A stretch of 64,000 nt of DNA, taken from contig DVLO01000022.1 of NCBI GenBank assembly GCA_018715495.1, positions 77,172 to 141,171 on the forward strand, given 5' to 3'. The notes beneath the pieces were generated by a model. The model did no database searches and had not been told where the DNA came from. It saw nothing but the letters and a program-made list of their open reading frames with translations. Source of the DNA: Candidatus Limihabitans stercoravium. GTDB taxonomy: Bacteria; Bacillota; Clostridia; Christensenellales; CAG-314. The position numbers and the translations under genes were made by a program. Every line of letters begins with the position of its first letter. The stretch's first letter is position 1. Of this stretch, positions 9,878-20,498 are shown in pieces.

Positions 9878-10582
9878 ATGAGCAGAAAATTTTTTGTGAA
9901 TGTTACTGCAAATATTTTGCTGATAGCAATTGTCATTTCGGTTTTTGCAGTAGGTGTAGGTGGAGCATCGCATGACGCATTTAATCAGGACAAACTTCAG
10001 CCAGTCTACAGAGGCAACGCTGACAAAAAATGCGTATCATTAATGATAAATGTCTACTGGGGGAGTGAGTATATTCCCGAAATGCTGGAAATTTTTTCCA
10101 AATACGATATAAAAACCACGTTTTTTGTTGGTGGATATTGGGTTGCGAAAAATGTTGAGCTGTTACAATCCATAGTGGATCATGGACATGAAATAGGAAA
10201 TCATGGGTTTTACCACAAGGATCAAGGTAAACTCAATTACTCTCAGAATGTCTCTGAAATCATGACCAATCACAAACTGATACAGCAGTCGGTAGATATT
10301 GAACCTAAATTGTTTGCGCCGCCGTCAGGTAGTTTTTCATCAAGTACTTTAAATGCTGCCTACGACAATGGTTATACTACGATAATGTGGAGCAGAGATA
10401 CCATTGACTGGCGTGATAAGGACGCCGACTTGGTTTACAAGCGTGCTACCGAAAATACTTCTAACGGCGAACTGATATTGATGCACCCAACTGCCCATAC
10501 TACATCTGTACTGGAAAAAATTGTCCAGTACTACCTGGCTGAAGGATACGAAATAATCCCTGTCAGTCAAAACATAGCTTAA
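9878..10582 (+). CDS. Polysaccharide deacetylase family sporulation protein (YlxY/PdaB-like)
   Basis: N-terminal TM and NodB-type motifs (HGHEIGNHGFYH). Sits after pnp, as ylxY does in Bacillus. ATG 9878 follows GGAGGA. Confidence 0.8.
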   Translation: MSRKFFVNVTANILLIAIVISVFAVGVGGASHDAFNQDKLQPVYRGNADKKCVSLMINVYWGSEYIPEMLEIFSKYDIKTTFFVGGYWVAKNVELLQSIVDHGHEIGNHGFYHKDQGKLNYSQNVSEIMTNHKLIQQSVDIEPKLFAPPSGSFSSSTLNAAYDNGYTTIMWSRDTIDWRDKDADLVYKRATENTSNGELILMHPTAHTTSVLEKIVQYYLAEGYEIIPVSQNIA

Positions 10583-10593
10583 CGGAGAAAATA

Positions 10594-11862
10594 ATGATAT
10601 ACAACAAAACATTTCCCAGCGGTCTCAGACTTGTTGGCGAGACAATTGAGAATGCCTACGGAGTTTCATTCGGGGTAATGGTGGACGTAGGTAGTGTAAG
10701 GGAAGAAACGTGCGAAAACGGATATTCCCACTTCATCGAACACATGCAGTTTAAAGGAACCGAAAAGCGTTCCTCAAGAGACATTTCCGAAGAAATGGAA
10801 GATATTGGTGCGGATCTCAACGCCTATACATCCAAGGATTGTACTTGTTACTACACACGTACAGCAGCAGACGATCTTGACAAAGGTGTAGAAATGCTGT
10901 CAGACATGTACTTCAACGCTACATTTCCAGATGACGAACTGCAGAGAGAAAAGAAGGTTGTACTTGAGGAAATCTCAATGAACAACGATTCGCCGGAAGA
11001 TGTTTCTCAGGACGTCATAGCCGAAGCGGTGTACAAAGATCAGAAAATTGGACAAACTATTCTTGGTTTAGTGGAAAATATAAATAACTGTGACAGACAT
11101 AGTATCCTAAATTTTAAGAAAAAACACTATACACCCTACACAACGGTAGTTTCTGTCGCAGGAAAATTTGACTGGCAGCAAGTTTGTCAATTGGTTGAAC
11201 AATACTTCGAAAGTAATTTTAACGAAGAATACTGCAAGGCTGACGACGAAGAATACAGTAAGTATTCCACCTGTTCGCTTGTAGTCAACAAACCTGTTGA
11301 CCAGGCTCACATTTCTCTTGCAGTTGGCACAGGTTGTGGATTGGGCGACATTGATCAATGTGCCAAACTATATCTTGCATCTGCAGTTCTTGGCGGTGGT
11401 TTGAGCAGCAGACTTTTCCAGAAAATACGTGAGGAACGTGGTTTAGCATACTCAGTGTACAGTTTTCTGTCAGAGTACAAAAACAGCGGTTACATTGAAA
11501 TTTACTGCGGTACCAATCCCGATTCGGTTCCCGAATGTGTCGATTTGCTGAGAGATACCATTGCTGACTTTGTCGACAACGGAATAACCGACAAGGAGCT
11601 CAAGCGTGCCAAGGCTCATGTCGTGACAACATTGGGGTTTGCAAGCGAAAGCAGTATTTCACGTATGAGATCCAACGCCCGTCAACTGATAAAACTGGGC
11701 AGAGTGCTGACTATTGACGAAACGCTTGCTCCTTACACCAAGGTTACCGTAGATGATGTGCAGGAAGTTTCTCAAAAACTTTTTACAGGTAAGATGGCAT
11801 CATCCTACGTTGGCAAGAAAGGCAAACAGAGTGATTGCCTCAAGGAATTTTCGGTAAAGTAA
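10594..11862 (+). CDS. M16 family zinc peptidase (insulinase-like, MlpA/YmxG-like)
   Basis: HFIEHMQFKG (HxxEH) motif, 422 aa, in the conserved pnp-ylxY-mlpA order. Confidence 0.85.
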   Translation: MIYNKTFPSGLRLVGETIENAYGVSFGVMVDVGSVREETCENGYSHFIEHMQFKGTEKRSSRDISEEMEDIGADLNAYTSKDCTCYYTRTAADDLDKGVEMLSDMYFNATFPDDELQREKKVVLEEISMNNDSPEDVSQDVIAEAVYKDQKIGQTILGLVENINNCDRHSILNFKKKHYTPYTTVVSVAGKFDWQQVCQLVEQYFESNFNEEYCKADDEEYSKYSTCSLVVNKPVDQAHISLAVGTGCGLGDIDQCAKLYLASAVLGGGLSSRLFQKIREERGLAYSVYSFLSEYKNSGYIEIYCGTNPDSVPECVDLLRDTIADFVDNGITDKELKRAKAHVVTTLGFASESSISRMRSNARQLIKLGRVLTIDETLAPYTKVTVDDVQEVSQKLFTGKMASSYVGKKGKQSDCLKEFSVK

Positions 11863-11916
11863 TTTCAATGGCAAATACTTACGTGAAAGTTTAGACTAAA
11901 ATTAAAATTCAGATTT

Positions 11917-11964
11917 ACAGCTTCCACAAACAATGAAGTGCTAAATGTGGAAGCTGTTTTTTTG
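11917..11964 (+). terminator. Intrinsic terminator after the M16 peptidase gene
   Basis: ACAGCTTCCACA / TGTGGAAGCTGT stem followed by T7. Confidence 0.8.
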
Positions 11965-12200
11965 TAGTTCATCAAATCTAGCGTGTCACACTGACACTCA
12001 TTACATTTACTAAAATGAAGGATTGAATTCTATTTGCAATAGAAAACTGATATATATAAAGTTTGATACATGAATGCAAAACATCATCACGTTTGTTGAA
12101 ATTTATATCTTTGTTAAAGTTGGATCAATCAGTTGATTTCCGATAAAAAATATCAGTGAAAATTACTTAAACATTTCACTGTTAATGTTGACTATTGTTC

Positions 12201-12229
12201 TTGCATTATCACGTTTAGTATAGTATAAT
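12201..12229 (+). promoter_or_regulatory. Candidate sigma-A promoter for ftsK
   Basis: TTGCAT-17 nt-TATAAT, about 60 nt upstream of the ftsK start. Confidence 0.5.
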
Positions 12230-12291
12230 ATAAAGTAATTTATTGGTTATAATTTACCAGTGCGAATTTGTATTCAAGTATGGAGATAATC

Positions 12292-15200
12292 ATGCGTGAG
12301 AAATCTAGAAAAACTACAACTAAAATACTTGCTATAGTGGGCATTTCACTTTGTAGCCTGCTTGTACTGATTGCATTTACAGGCAGATACTTCGGTCAGC
12401 CGTTTTACGCTGTCGGCAACTTCTTCCTGGGTAGCTTTGGAATATCTTTCTACGGCTTGATGGCAGGGGTAATCGTTGCATGTTCTTTTGTACTTGCCGG
12501 TAAAAAGGTAATTGTGCCCATTCCCTACATTGTGAACTTCGCTTTCATGTTTCTTATTGTTGTAATGTTGGTACACACTTACTCTACAGTGTTTTTGGGC
12601 GATTACAACTTCAGCGAATACGCAAGAATTGTATTTGATTACTACGGTAATTTGCCTACATTTGGCGGTGTTGTGTGGGGCTGTATTGCTTTTGCATTTC
12701 AAAAGGCACTTACCATATGGGGATCTTCAATTGTGCTGTGGTTGGGATTACTGACAACCGCATTTTTCGCAGGTAAGTTCTTTGTCGAATGTAGCACAGG
12801 TAAGTTACAGTCAGCTACTGCAGACAAGCAGCCTGAGTCTGAAGATAATACTTCCAATGAGGAATCATCCCTTAACAAGGCTGCACTTGACACAACTCCC
12901 ATGCGTTCTGAAGCCTACACTCTGCTTTTCGAAGACAGACACGAAACGGTGCTTGACGAAGAACCCAATCCCATCATAAAGCAAGGACTGTACGAAAACT
13001 ACAGCAATTACGAAACCAAGCCTTCTGTAAAGGAAAAGGACAACACTAAAAATACTGATTTGGAAAGTTCCGTTAAATCTTCTGAAAGCAAGAAGAATTC
13101 CTTTGACTACGACGACTTTATTGTGAAGTCCGACTCAGTTGTGTCCGACAACGGCAGCAGTCGCACATTCCCTCAGTCTGTCGAACAGGTTTTCTTCTCT
13201 GACAATTCCTACAATCAGCAATCGACACAGAACCAAGGCGGTTTCGGTTCATATGGCAACGATGACTCACGTCAGTCTGATTACAACAATACACAGAGTT
13301 CAGCTTTTGGACCCTCTCAACAATTTTTCAATCAGACAACTTCTCAAAGACAGTCATTTGGTCAGACCAATCAATCCAATGTTTCAAATAACGGCAGTGG
13401 ATCTGGAGTATCCGAATTCACATCCTCTTATCAGCCGTCTGCGCCACAACAGGGATTCCATCAAACTGAACAAAATTCTCAGCAGCCGGTTGTCGTTCCG
13501 CCACAAACTGAATCTTGGCAAACACCTGTTGACAAACAGCCATTGAGTTTCGAAAAAGAAAATACCACATTCGAACCGCAACAGCCCGTTGTTGCCCCTG
13601 TTGAAAAGTCGGTTACAGAGGAAAATTTCTTCATCCAATCCAATACCGAACCAGCGGTTGAAGAAAAAGCTGTCAAGGAAGAGCCGTCTTTCACATCAAC
13701 TTTACCGGAAGAAGACAAGACTGAAGTTTCTGAACCTCAACAGCGCTATACCGTCAAGGAAGTGCGCACAGCGGTGCCCGGTGGTGTTCAGATGGGATTT
13801 GACGTGGTTAAAGAAGATGAGCAGAAACCTGTTCACCATTACATTGAATACCAGACTCCTCCTCTTGATTTGCTGAACGAACCTTCCGAAGGCGCACACA
13901 TTGACATGGAATACATTACAAATTCCGCCAATGCCATTGTCAAGAAGTTGGGTGTATTCGGAATACAGGTCGAAGCGGTGGAACCCGTCGTTGGTCCTAC
14001 TGTAACGCAATTCCGTTTCCGTCCCGTTTCGGAAAAAACGCAGATGAAGGAATTTTACAAATACGACGCCGACCTTAAGTCATGTCTTGAAGCGACAGGC
14101 GGTATTCGTATTGAGGCGCCCATACCAGGCACAAACCTTGTAGGCGTTGAAGTCGCAAATAAGAAAAAAGTTCCCGTCATGCTCAGAACCATAATGGAAT
14201 CCAACGAATACAGAAACGCTAAAGGTAATCTGTTGTTCGTTTTGGGCCAGGAAATTACAGGCAGAATGGTAATTGAAGACCTTGCCGAAAAACCTCACTT
14301 GCTTATTGCGGGTACTACAGGTTCAGGTAAGAGCGTTGCCCTGAATACTATGATCGTCAGTATGATGTATCGCTACTCTCCCGAATACGTACGTTTCCTG
14401 ATGGTTGACCCCAAGATGGTTGAATTGTCCAAGTACAGCGGCTGTCCGCACCTTTTGACAAGTGAAACAATCATCAATGTTCAGGACGCATTGTCCGCAA
14501 TGGACTACCTGATCAACGAAATGGAAGCAAGATACAAGTTGTTCAAGGAAGCACGTGTAGACAACATATCTTCCTACAACAAGAGTATCAATCCCGAAAC
14601 AACTCAAAAACTCCCGTACATCGTATTCGTAGTTGACGAATTGAGCGACCTCATGTCAACTTCCAAGAAGGCAATGGAAAGCAAGATATTGAGACTTGCG
14701 CAAAAGTCACGTGCTGCCGGTATTCACCTTGTACTTGCTACACAACGTCCAAGTAAAGACGTCATTACCGGTACAATCAAGGGAAACCTCCCCTGTCGTG
14801 TAGCACTGAAAGTTGCTTCCTACCCCGACAGTGGCGTAATCATCGGTTGCGGCGGTGCGGAAAAGTTGCTGGGTAACGGTGACATGCTCTTCATGGACTC
14901 CAAGAGTGACAGCCTGCTGCGTTTGCAAGGTCCTTACGTATCAAACAAGGAAATTCTTGCCCTTGTAGACTACAACAAAGCACAGAACGAAGTTTATTAC
15001 GAAGACAACATTGCTAAACAGATCTTCACATCCTTGAAGGAAGAAGAAGTCGCTGAAGAAGCTGAATCGGCAGAAAAAGAAATTACAATCGATCCATATT
15101 GCCGCAAAGCATTGCGCTACTGGTTGGAAAAGAACAGCGGCATGGCGTCAATGTCATCACTGCAACGTGGATTGAATGTCGGATTTAACCGTGCAGGCAG

Positions 15201-15336
15201 AATAATGGAAATACTGACAAATCTGGGTTACATCGAAGGCGTTGAAGCAAGTGAAAGCGGAAACAAGAAGCGTAAGGTTCTTGTTACTCTGGAACAGTTG
15301 CCCGACATTTTCCCCGACCTTGACGACAATTACTAA
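12292..15336 (+). CDS. ftsK: DNA translocase FtsK/SpoIIIE
   Basis: N-terminal TM helices, a long low-complexity linker, a motor domain with Walker A GTTGSGKS and ATQRPS, and a C-terminal gamma wHTH. ATG 12292 follows GGAG. Confidence 0.9.
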   Translation: MREKSRKTTTKILAIVGISLCSLLVLIAFTGRYFGQPFYAVGNFFLGSFGISFYGLMAGVIVACSFVLAGKKVIVPIPYIVNFAFMFLIVVMLVHTYSTVFLGDYNFSEYARIVFDYYGNLPTFGGVVWGCIAFAFQKALTIWGSSIVLWLGLLTTAFFAGKFFVECSTGKLQSATADKQPESEDNTSNEESSLNKAALDTTPMRSEAYTLLFEDRHETVLDEEPNPIIKQGLYENYSNYETKPSVKEKDNTKNTDLESSVKSSESKKNSFDYDDFIVKSDSVVSDNGSSRTFPQSVEQVFFSDNSYNQQSTQNQGGFGSYGNDDSRQSDYNNTQSSAFGPSQQFFNQTTSQRQSFGQTNQSNVSNNGSGSGVSEFTSSYQPSAPQQGFHQTEQNSQQPVVVPPQTESWQTPVDKQPLSFEKENTTFEPQQPVVAPVEKSVTEENFFIQSNTEPAVEEKAVKEEPSFTSTLPEEDKTEVSEPQQRYTVKEVRTAVPGGVQMGFDVVKEDEQKPVHHYIEYQTPPLDLLNEPSEGAHIDMEYITNSANAIVKKLGVFGIQVEAVEPVVGPTVTQFRFRPVSEKTQMKEFYKYDADLKSCLEATGGIRIEAPIPGTNLVGVEVANKKKVPVMLRTIMESNEYRNAKGNLLFVLGQEITGRMVIEDLAEKPHLLIAGTTGSGKSVALNTMIVSMMYRYSPEYVRFLMVDPKMVELSKYSGCPHLLTSETIINVQDALSAMDYLINEMEARYKLFKEARVDNISSYNKSINPETTQKLPYIVFVVDELSDLMSTSKKAMESKILRLAQKSRAAGIHLVLATQRPSKDVITGTIKGNLPCRVALKVASYPDSGVIIGCGGAEKLLGNGDMLFMDSKSDSLLRLQGPYVSNKEILALVDYNKAQNEVYYEDNIAKQIFTSLKEEEVAEEAESAEKEITIDPYCRKALRYWLEKNSGMASMSSLQRGLNVGFNRAGRIMEILTNLGYIEGVEASESGNKKRKVLVTLEQLPDIFPDLDDNY

Positions 15337-15347
15337 GGAAACAATCT

Positions 15348-16670
15348 ATGAAACAAACAATTGTAGGTGTAGTATCACTTGGGTGCGACAAGAACCGTGT
15401 CGACACCGAAGTGATGCTTGGAAAACTCAAACAGGGCGGATACTCCGTCACTCAACAGCCCGAAGAAGCTGACGTCATCATTGTAAACACATGTGCGTTC
15501 TTGCAATCTTCCCGCCAGGAAGCAATTGACACAGTGATTGAGATGTCTCATTACAAGCAGGACAAATGCAAGGGAATAATTGTGACCGGCTGTCTTGGAC
15601 AAAAGTTCGGAGATGAAGTTTACAAACTGCTTGATGAGGCAGACGCTGTGTACGGTATAAATGACTACGACAGCATCTGTCAGGCTGTGGAAGAAGTTGT
15701 AAAGGGTGACAGAGTCAAGAGAATCAGCCCCAACTCACGCTACATTCTTGAAGGTGAACGTGTTCTTACAACGCCATCTCATTACGCTTATCTTAAAATA
15801 GGTGACGGCTGCGACAATTACTGTTCCTATTGTCTTATTCCATACATCCGTGGACGATTCCGTTCACGCACGATGGAAAGCGTTGTAGAGGAAGCAAGAC
15901 AACTTGTAGGCAGCGGTGTAAAGGAACTTATTCTTGTTGCGCAAGATGTCACAAAATACGGCGCAGATATTTACGGAAAACCGCAGATTGTCGAACTGAT
16001 TCAACAGCTTTCTACAATTGAAGATCTCCGCTGGATAAGACTTTTGTACTGCTATCCTGAACTGGTTGATGACAATCTTTTGAATGAAGTGGTTAACAAC
16101 CCCAAGGTCGTCAAGTATCTTGACATTCCGCTGCAACACGTCGATGATTTCATTTTAAAGAAGATGAATAGACGCTGCTCCGAAGAAGGAGTGTACAAAC
16201 TTTTTGACAAGATAAACCGTCTTCAAACCAAGATTGATGTTCGTACTACATTTATTTGCGGATTTCCTTACGAAACTGAACAATCCCATCTCAAGGTCAA
16301 GAATTTTTTACAAAAATATCGCTTGAGAAACGTAGGATTTTTCGCCTATTCACGTGAGGAGGGTACAGCCGCATATAACATGCCTCAAGTACATCACAGT
16401 ACAAAGAAGCGCATGGTGGACAGATTGTACAAACTTCAGCACGAAATTGCAGTGCAACTCAACCGTGAGACCGTTGGCACTAAACAGTTGTGTATTATAG
16501 ATGAACAACTGGAAGATGACGTGTACATCGGAAGAACCCAATTTATGTCACCGCAAATTGACGGGGTAATCTATATTCACAGCAACAACAAGCTCAACCC
16601 GGGTCAGTTTGTTGAGGTGAATGTAACCGGAGAAGCGGAATATGATTTATTTGGTGAGGTCAACGAATGA
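15348..16670 (+). CDS. rimO: Ribosomal protein S12 methylthiotransferase RimO
   Basis: MTTase N-domain (LGCDKNRVD), radical SAM CxxxCxxC (CDNYCSYC) and a C-terminal TRAM. Confidence 0.9.
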   Translation: MKQTIVGVVSLGCDKNRVDTEVMLGKLKQGGYSVTQQPEEADVIIVNTCAFLQSSRQEAIDTVIEMSHYKQDKCKGIIVTGCLGQKFGDEVYKLLDEADAVYGINDYDSICQAVEEVVKGDRVKRISPNSRYILEGERVLTTPSHYAYLKIGDGCDNYCSYCLIPYIRGRFRSRTMESVVEEARQLVGSGVKELILVAQDVTKYGADIYGKPQIVELIQQLSTIEDLRWIRLLYCYPELVDDNLLNEVVNNPKVVKYLDIPLQHVDDFILKKMNRRCSEEGVYKLFDKINRLQTKIDVRTTFICGFPYETEQSHLKVKNFLQKYRLRNVGFFAYSREEGTAAYNMPQVHHSTKKRMVDRLYKLQHEIAVQLNRETVGTKQLCIIDEQLEDDVYIGRTQFMSPQIDGVIYIHSNNKLNPGQFVEVNVTGEAEYDLFGEVNE

Positions 16671-17260
16671 ATTTACCCAACAAACTTTCAATGTTGCGAA
16701 TTATTTTGATTCCTGTATTTGCAGTATTTTTCTTTCTGCCATTTTCCTTTGCTCCCTTTGTAGCAGTGGCGGTATTTATTATTGCTGCACTTACAGACTT
16801 TCTTGACGGTTACATTGCCCGTAAATACAACCTTGTAACAGATCTTGGAAAACTGCTGGATCCGATAGCTGACAAGGTGCTTGTTTCCACATCTCTGATT
16901 TTGCTTTGCACTGTAGATGTTTTCGGAAATATAATTTCCTTTGGTTACGTATTTATCAGCGTTGCTACATCAATAATACTTGCACGTGAGTTGCTCATCA
17001 GTGCAGTAAGGCAGATTGCCGCTGCAAAAGGAGTGGTAATCCAGGCAAACTATTTCGGTAAAATAAAGACAGTCCTGCAGGATATCACAATTGTAGCAAT
17101 GATAGTGCTGAAGAGCCGTTTCTATGACGTTTTTTCTAAACAGGCTGCGGAGATCTTCAGCTGGGTGTGTCTGGTGTTACTGTCAGTTACTACCCTTATC
17201 ACGATACTTTCAGGCGTAAAGTACATGATAGACAACAGAAGGGTATTTGCTGAAAAATGA
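16667..17260 (+). CDS. pgsA: CDP-diacylglycerol--glycerol-3-phosphate 3-phosphatidyltransferase
   Basis: CDP-alcohol phosphatidyltransferase motif DFLDGYIARK...GKLLDPIADK, multi-TM. Confidence 0.9.
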   Translation: MNLPNKLSMLRIILIPVFAVFFFLPFSFAPFVAVAVFIIAALTDFLDGYIARKYNLVTDLGKLLDPIADKVLVSTSLILLCTVDVFGNIISFGYVFISVATSIILARELLISAVRQIAAAKGVVIQANYFGKIKTVLQDITIVAMIVLKSRFYDVFSKQAAEIFSWVCLVLLSVTTLITILSGVKYMIDNRRVFAEK

Positions 17261-18435
17261 TTACATTAATTACAGATAGGATTTCAGACAGTGCTTTATA
17301 TCTCAAGAGACGTCTTGACGAAAAACTTGTGCCAAACAATATCGTTTGCAGTGAAGAAAAGTCATACATAGCACAATATTTGCCCAATGCAATCAAGTCA
17401 AGCAAGGCCGTAATTTTGTGTGGAGACACCGTAGCCATCAAGCAACTGATTGCCAACACGTTTGGTCTTGCAATGTTTTACGACAAACATTGTGAGAAAA
17501 ACATTGAAAAAAGATGCAACGAAACGAAACAGCCTGTTCCGCCGCAATACATGATGGACAGACTGTGTGAATTGCCGGAAAACTTTGCACATTATTCACT
17601 CAGTTACGGCAGACAGTGTGGCTGTCATGGAGAAATCAACAAGTGTTTTGTTTCAGTCCTTCCTGATAATGAACGGGAAGTTGATGCCTTGTTTAACACC
17701 TACCTTCTACAGACCATTCAAAGGCTGTATCCACTGGGAGTGTGCAAAGTATTTAAGATATTCGGCATGAGTCCCAAGCAGGCAAGTGACATTGCGTATG
17801 AAATCTGTGCAGGTCTAAAGAGTGTTTCGCACAGATGTGAAACATCATCTGCCCTTGATACCAGGCTTACGCTCATGTTCAATTCTAAATCTTCGGAAAA
17901 GTTTATCGAAAATGCCTGTAGAGCGGTGGCAGATGCTTACGGACAATATCTCTACGCAAATTGTGACACTACATTGCAAAGAGAAGTCGTAAAAATTCTG
18001 ACCCAACTCAAAAAATCTCTACGTGTAGCCGAATCACTTACCGGCGGACTGATTGCGTCTAAAGTAGTGGAAGTTGAAGGAGCAAGCCGTGTCTTCGATG
18101 AAGGTCTTGTTACTTACAGTATTCCCTCTAAGTGTAGCAGATTGGGAATCAGCCCCTACTTTGTCGACAAATACGGAGTAGTTTCCAATCAGGTCGCTCA
18201 CGAAATGGCAATGGGATTGTTAAAAAACGGTGCCGACTACGCCATTTCAACAACAGGATACGCAGGTCCCCAGGCTGACGCCGGTCTGCCCGTTGGACTG
18301 TGTTTCATCGCAATAGGAACACACAAGGGTGTTTCCGTTTACAAAAATGTTTTTACAGGTACTCGCAACGAAATCAGGGAACAAGCATCCAACAGCGCAT
18401 TGTACCTTCTTTGGAAAAATTTAATGAATTTGTAG
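17257..18435 (+). CDS. cinA: CinA family protein (divergent N-domain + PncC-type nicotinamide-nucleotide amidase C-domain)
   Basis: The C-terminal [10 protein letters not shown]...TTGYAGP motifs are CinA/PncC-like. Conserved pgsA-cinA-recA order. Confidence 0.75.
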   Translation: MITLITDRISDSALYLKRRLDEKLVPNNIVCSEEKSYIAQYLPNAIKSSKAVILCGDTVAIKQLIANTFGLAMFYDKHCEKNIEKRCNETKQPVPPQYMMDRLCELPENFAHYSLSYGRQCGCHGEINKCFVSVLPDNEREVDALFNTYLLQTIQRLYPLGVCKVFKIFGMSPKQASDIAYEICAGLKSVSHRCETSSALDTRLTLMFNSKSSEKFIENACRAVADAYGQYLYANCDTTLQREVVKILTQLKKSLRVAESLTGGLIASKVVEVEGASRVFDEGLVTYSIPSKCSRLGISPYFVDKYGVVSNQVAHEMAMGLLKNGADYAISTTGYAGPQADAGLPVGLCFIAIGTHKGVSVYKNVFTGTRNEIREQASNSALYLLWKNLMNL

Positions 18436-18445
18436 GAGATCAACT

Positions 18446-19438
18446 ATGACAGATGAAAAAAGAAAGGCACTAGAGGCTACCATTTTACAAATCGAAAAGC
18501 AATTTGGCAAGGGATCAATCATGAAGATGGGTTCAATGGAAAAGAACAACATTGAAGTCATTCCTACCGGTTGTCTCAGTCTTGACCTTGCTTTGGGTGT
18601 TGGCGGTCTTCCCAAGGGAAGAATCATCGAAATTTACGGACCGGAATCTTCAGGTAAAACTACAGTTACCCTGCATGTAATCGCTGAAGTGCAGAAGATG
18701 GGCGGCACAGCGGCTTTCATCGACGCCGAACAAGCTCTTGATCCGGTTTATGCAGCTAATCTTGGTATCAACCTTGACGAATTGTACCTGTCGCAACCGG
18801 ACAACGGCGAACAAGCATTGGAAATCGTGGATTCTTTGGTAAGAAGTAATGCCATCGACCTCATTGTAGTTGACTCTGTTGCAGCTTTGACACCTAAGGC
18901 TGAAATCGAAGGCGAAATGGGCGATTCCTTTATCGGTTTACAGGCACGCCTTATGTCACAGGCTTTGCGTAAACTGGTTGCAATAGGCAACAAATCCAAG
19001 ACTTGTATCATCTTCATCAACCAGCTTCGTGAAAAAGTCGGCGTCCTTTTCGGTTCTCCCGAAACAACTCCCGGCGGTAAGGCATTGAAATTCTACTCAA
19101 GCGTACGTCTTGACGTAAGAAAGGTCGATCAGGTAAAAGACGGTGCAGATGTCATCGGTAACAAGACACGTGTCAAGGTTGTTAAAAACAAGGTAGCACC
19201 TCCTTTCAAATCTGCTGAATTTGAAATCATATACGGTAAGGGTATTTCCCAATCCGGATGTGTGCTTGACCTTGCTGTTGCCAACGGACTTATCGAAAAG
19301 AGCGGATCCTGGTTCTCTTATAACGGCGAAAAAATCGGTCAAGGAAAGGAAAACGCTAAGAAATTCCTTGAAAGCAATCCTGAAATCATGGAAACACTTG
19401 AACACAAAATCAAGAACGGTAACGAAACTGCCGAATAA
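18446..19438 (+). CDS. recA: Recombinase RecA
   Basis: [19 protein letters not shown] and Walker [10 protein letters not shown]. Canonical RecA throughout. Confidence 0.98.
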   Translation: MTDEKRKALEATILQIEKQFGKGSIMKMGSMEKNNIEVIPTGCLSLDLALGVGGLPKGRIIEIYGPESSGKTTVTLHVIAEVQKMGGTAAFIDAEQALDPVYAANLGINLDELYLSQPDNGEQALEIVDSLVRSNAIDLIVVDSVAALTPKAEIEGEMGDSFIGLQARLMSQALRKLVAIGNKSKTCIIFINQLREKVGVLFGSPETTPGGKALKFYSSVRLDVRKVDQVKDGADVIGNKTRVKVVKNKVAPPFKSAEFEIIYGKGISQSGCVLDLAVANGLIEKSGSWFSYNGEKIGQGKENAKKFLESNPEIMETLEHKIKNGNETAE

Positions 19439-19443
19439 CAAAG

Positions 19444-19480
19444 AAACTCTTTCCATTAATAAGCGGGAAAGAGTTTTTAA
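19444..19480 (+). terminator. Intrinsic terminator after recA
   Basis: AAACTCTTTCC / GGAAAGAGTTT stem followed by a T-run. Confidence 0.8.
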
Positions 19481-19674
19481 ATTTTTCAATCCGAAAATTA
19501 AATATGTGACAACAGATTAATACCGTTAAATTAAATATGAGATTGACACAACAAGAAGTCGGTAAAAGGTAGTTTTCACCAAATAGTTGTGGCTGTTTGC
19601 AAAATAAAAGCAAGGAAAACTGGAAATAGTGTAATAATTACTTTTACGCAATCAACCCGTATATCTATAAATTA

Positions 19675-19705
19675 AAGGTGCACAAATATTTGTGCACCTT
19701 CTTTT
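19675..19705 (-). terminator. Hairpin terminator after lexA (bidirectional shape)
   Basis: AAGGTGCACA / TGTGCACCTT 10-bp stem with T/A-rich flanks on both sides. Confidence 0.7.
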
Positions 19706-19713
19706 CTACTTGA

Positions 19714-20319
19714 TCAGAATTTTTTAAGACAGCCGACAACCTTACCTACAATTGATGGAGACTGATCGTCTGTCAGGAATATGTCCTGCATGTTGTCATT
19801 TTCAGGATGCAACACGAAGGGTACGGTGCTGCGTAAACGCTTTACCGTAGCCTGGTCTTCCCATGCAGCAACAACTATTTCACCCACAGCAGCCTGATTC
19901 TGACTGTTTACAACTACAAGATCGCCGTCGTCGATACCTGCGTTTATCATACTGTCACCTTGAACCCTCAGCAGAAACAGGTTGTCGCCACCAAACAGAT
20001 CCTTCGGAACAGGGTAGTAGCCATCAATGTTTTCTACCGCAAGGTTACCTGTACCGGCGCTGATACGACCCACAAGGGGCAAAACGTTAACTTGTCCAAC
20101 GGTGTTTTGTGCAGTAATACCGATTGCTCTGTTTTTATTACTACCCTGTGTGATCAGTCCGTCGTTACGTAACTTCTCCAAGTAGTAGTAAACGGTAGCG
20201 GTGGACTTGACTCCAATGTGAGCTCCTATCTCTCTGACAGTTGGCGGATAGTTGTTTTCATCGGTAAATTGTTTTATGAAGTCGTAAACTTCCTTTATCT
20301 TTTGTTCAGATTTTTTCAT
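19714..20319 (-). CDS. lexA: LexA repressor
   Basis: wHTH N-domain, Ala-Gly cleavage site (RISAGTG), and the S24 Ser (GDSM) and Lys (VKRL) dyad. Confidence 0.95.
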   Translation of the reverse strand: MKKSEQKIKEVYDFIKQFTDENNYPPTVREIGAHIGVKSTATVYYYLEKLRNDGLITQGSNKNRAIGITAQNTVGQVNVLPLVGRISAGTGNLAVENIDGYYPVPKDLFGGDNLFLLRVQGDSMINAGIDDGDLVVVNSQNQAAVGEIVVAAWEDQATVKRLRSTVPFVLHPENDNMQDIFLTDDQSPSIVGKVVGCLKKF

Positions 20320-20325
20320 GGCTAA

Positions 20326-20354
20326 AGTATATCACCAAATAAGGATAAAATCAA
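20326..20354 (-). promoter_or_regulatory. Candidate sigma-A promoter of lexA (leaderless geometry)
   Basis: Minus strand: TTGATT-17 nt-(TGa)TATACT, then 6 nt (TTAGCC), then the lexA ATG. No Shine-Dalgarno sequence. Confidence 0.6.
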
Positions 20355-20373
20355 TAGTTTTTGGGAAATTTTT

Positions 20374-20387
20374 CAAACAATTGTTCG
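20374..20387. promoter_or_regulatory. LexA (Cheo/SOS) box
   Basis: CGAACAATTGTTTG (read on the minus strand) against the Gram-positive consensus CGAAC-N4-GTTCG. Lies upstream of lexA. Confidence 0.6.
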
Positions 20388-20427
20388 AATTTGAATGGGC
20401 AATTGTGCTTCGTAGTACAAAAATGCA

Positions 20428-20462
20428 ATAAAAACGACGTACTATTACAAACATAGTACGTC
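20428..20462 (-). terminator. Intrinsic terminator after hflX
   Basis: GACGTACTAT / ATAGTACGTC stem followed by GTTTTTATT on the minus strand. Confidence 0.75.
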
Positions 20463-20498
20463 AGATTTTATTACCAAACGTGTTTACAGCGTAGTATA

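Noticed and set aside
18316-18336. Palindrome GGAACACACAAGGGTGTTTCC near the end of cinA, considered as a possible SOS box for recA.
   Set aside because: The spacing does not fit GAAC-N4-GTTC, and the site is inside coding sequence. I found no convincing Cheo box directly upstream of recA in the window.
19481-19674. Possible sRNA between the recA and lexA terminators, including the repeated AAATTAAATATG 12-mer at about 19494 and 19526.
   Set aside because: No convincing promoter was found, and a 12-mer in AT-rich DNA is weak evidence.
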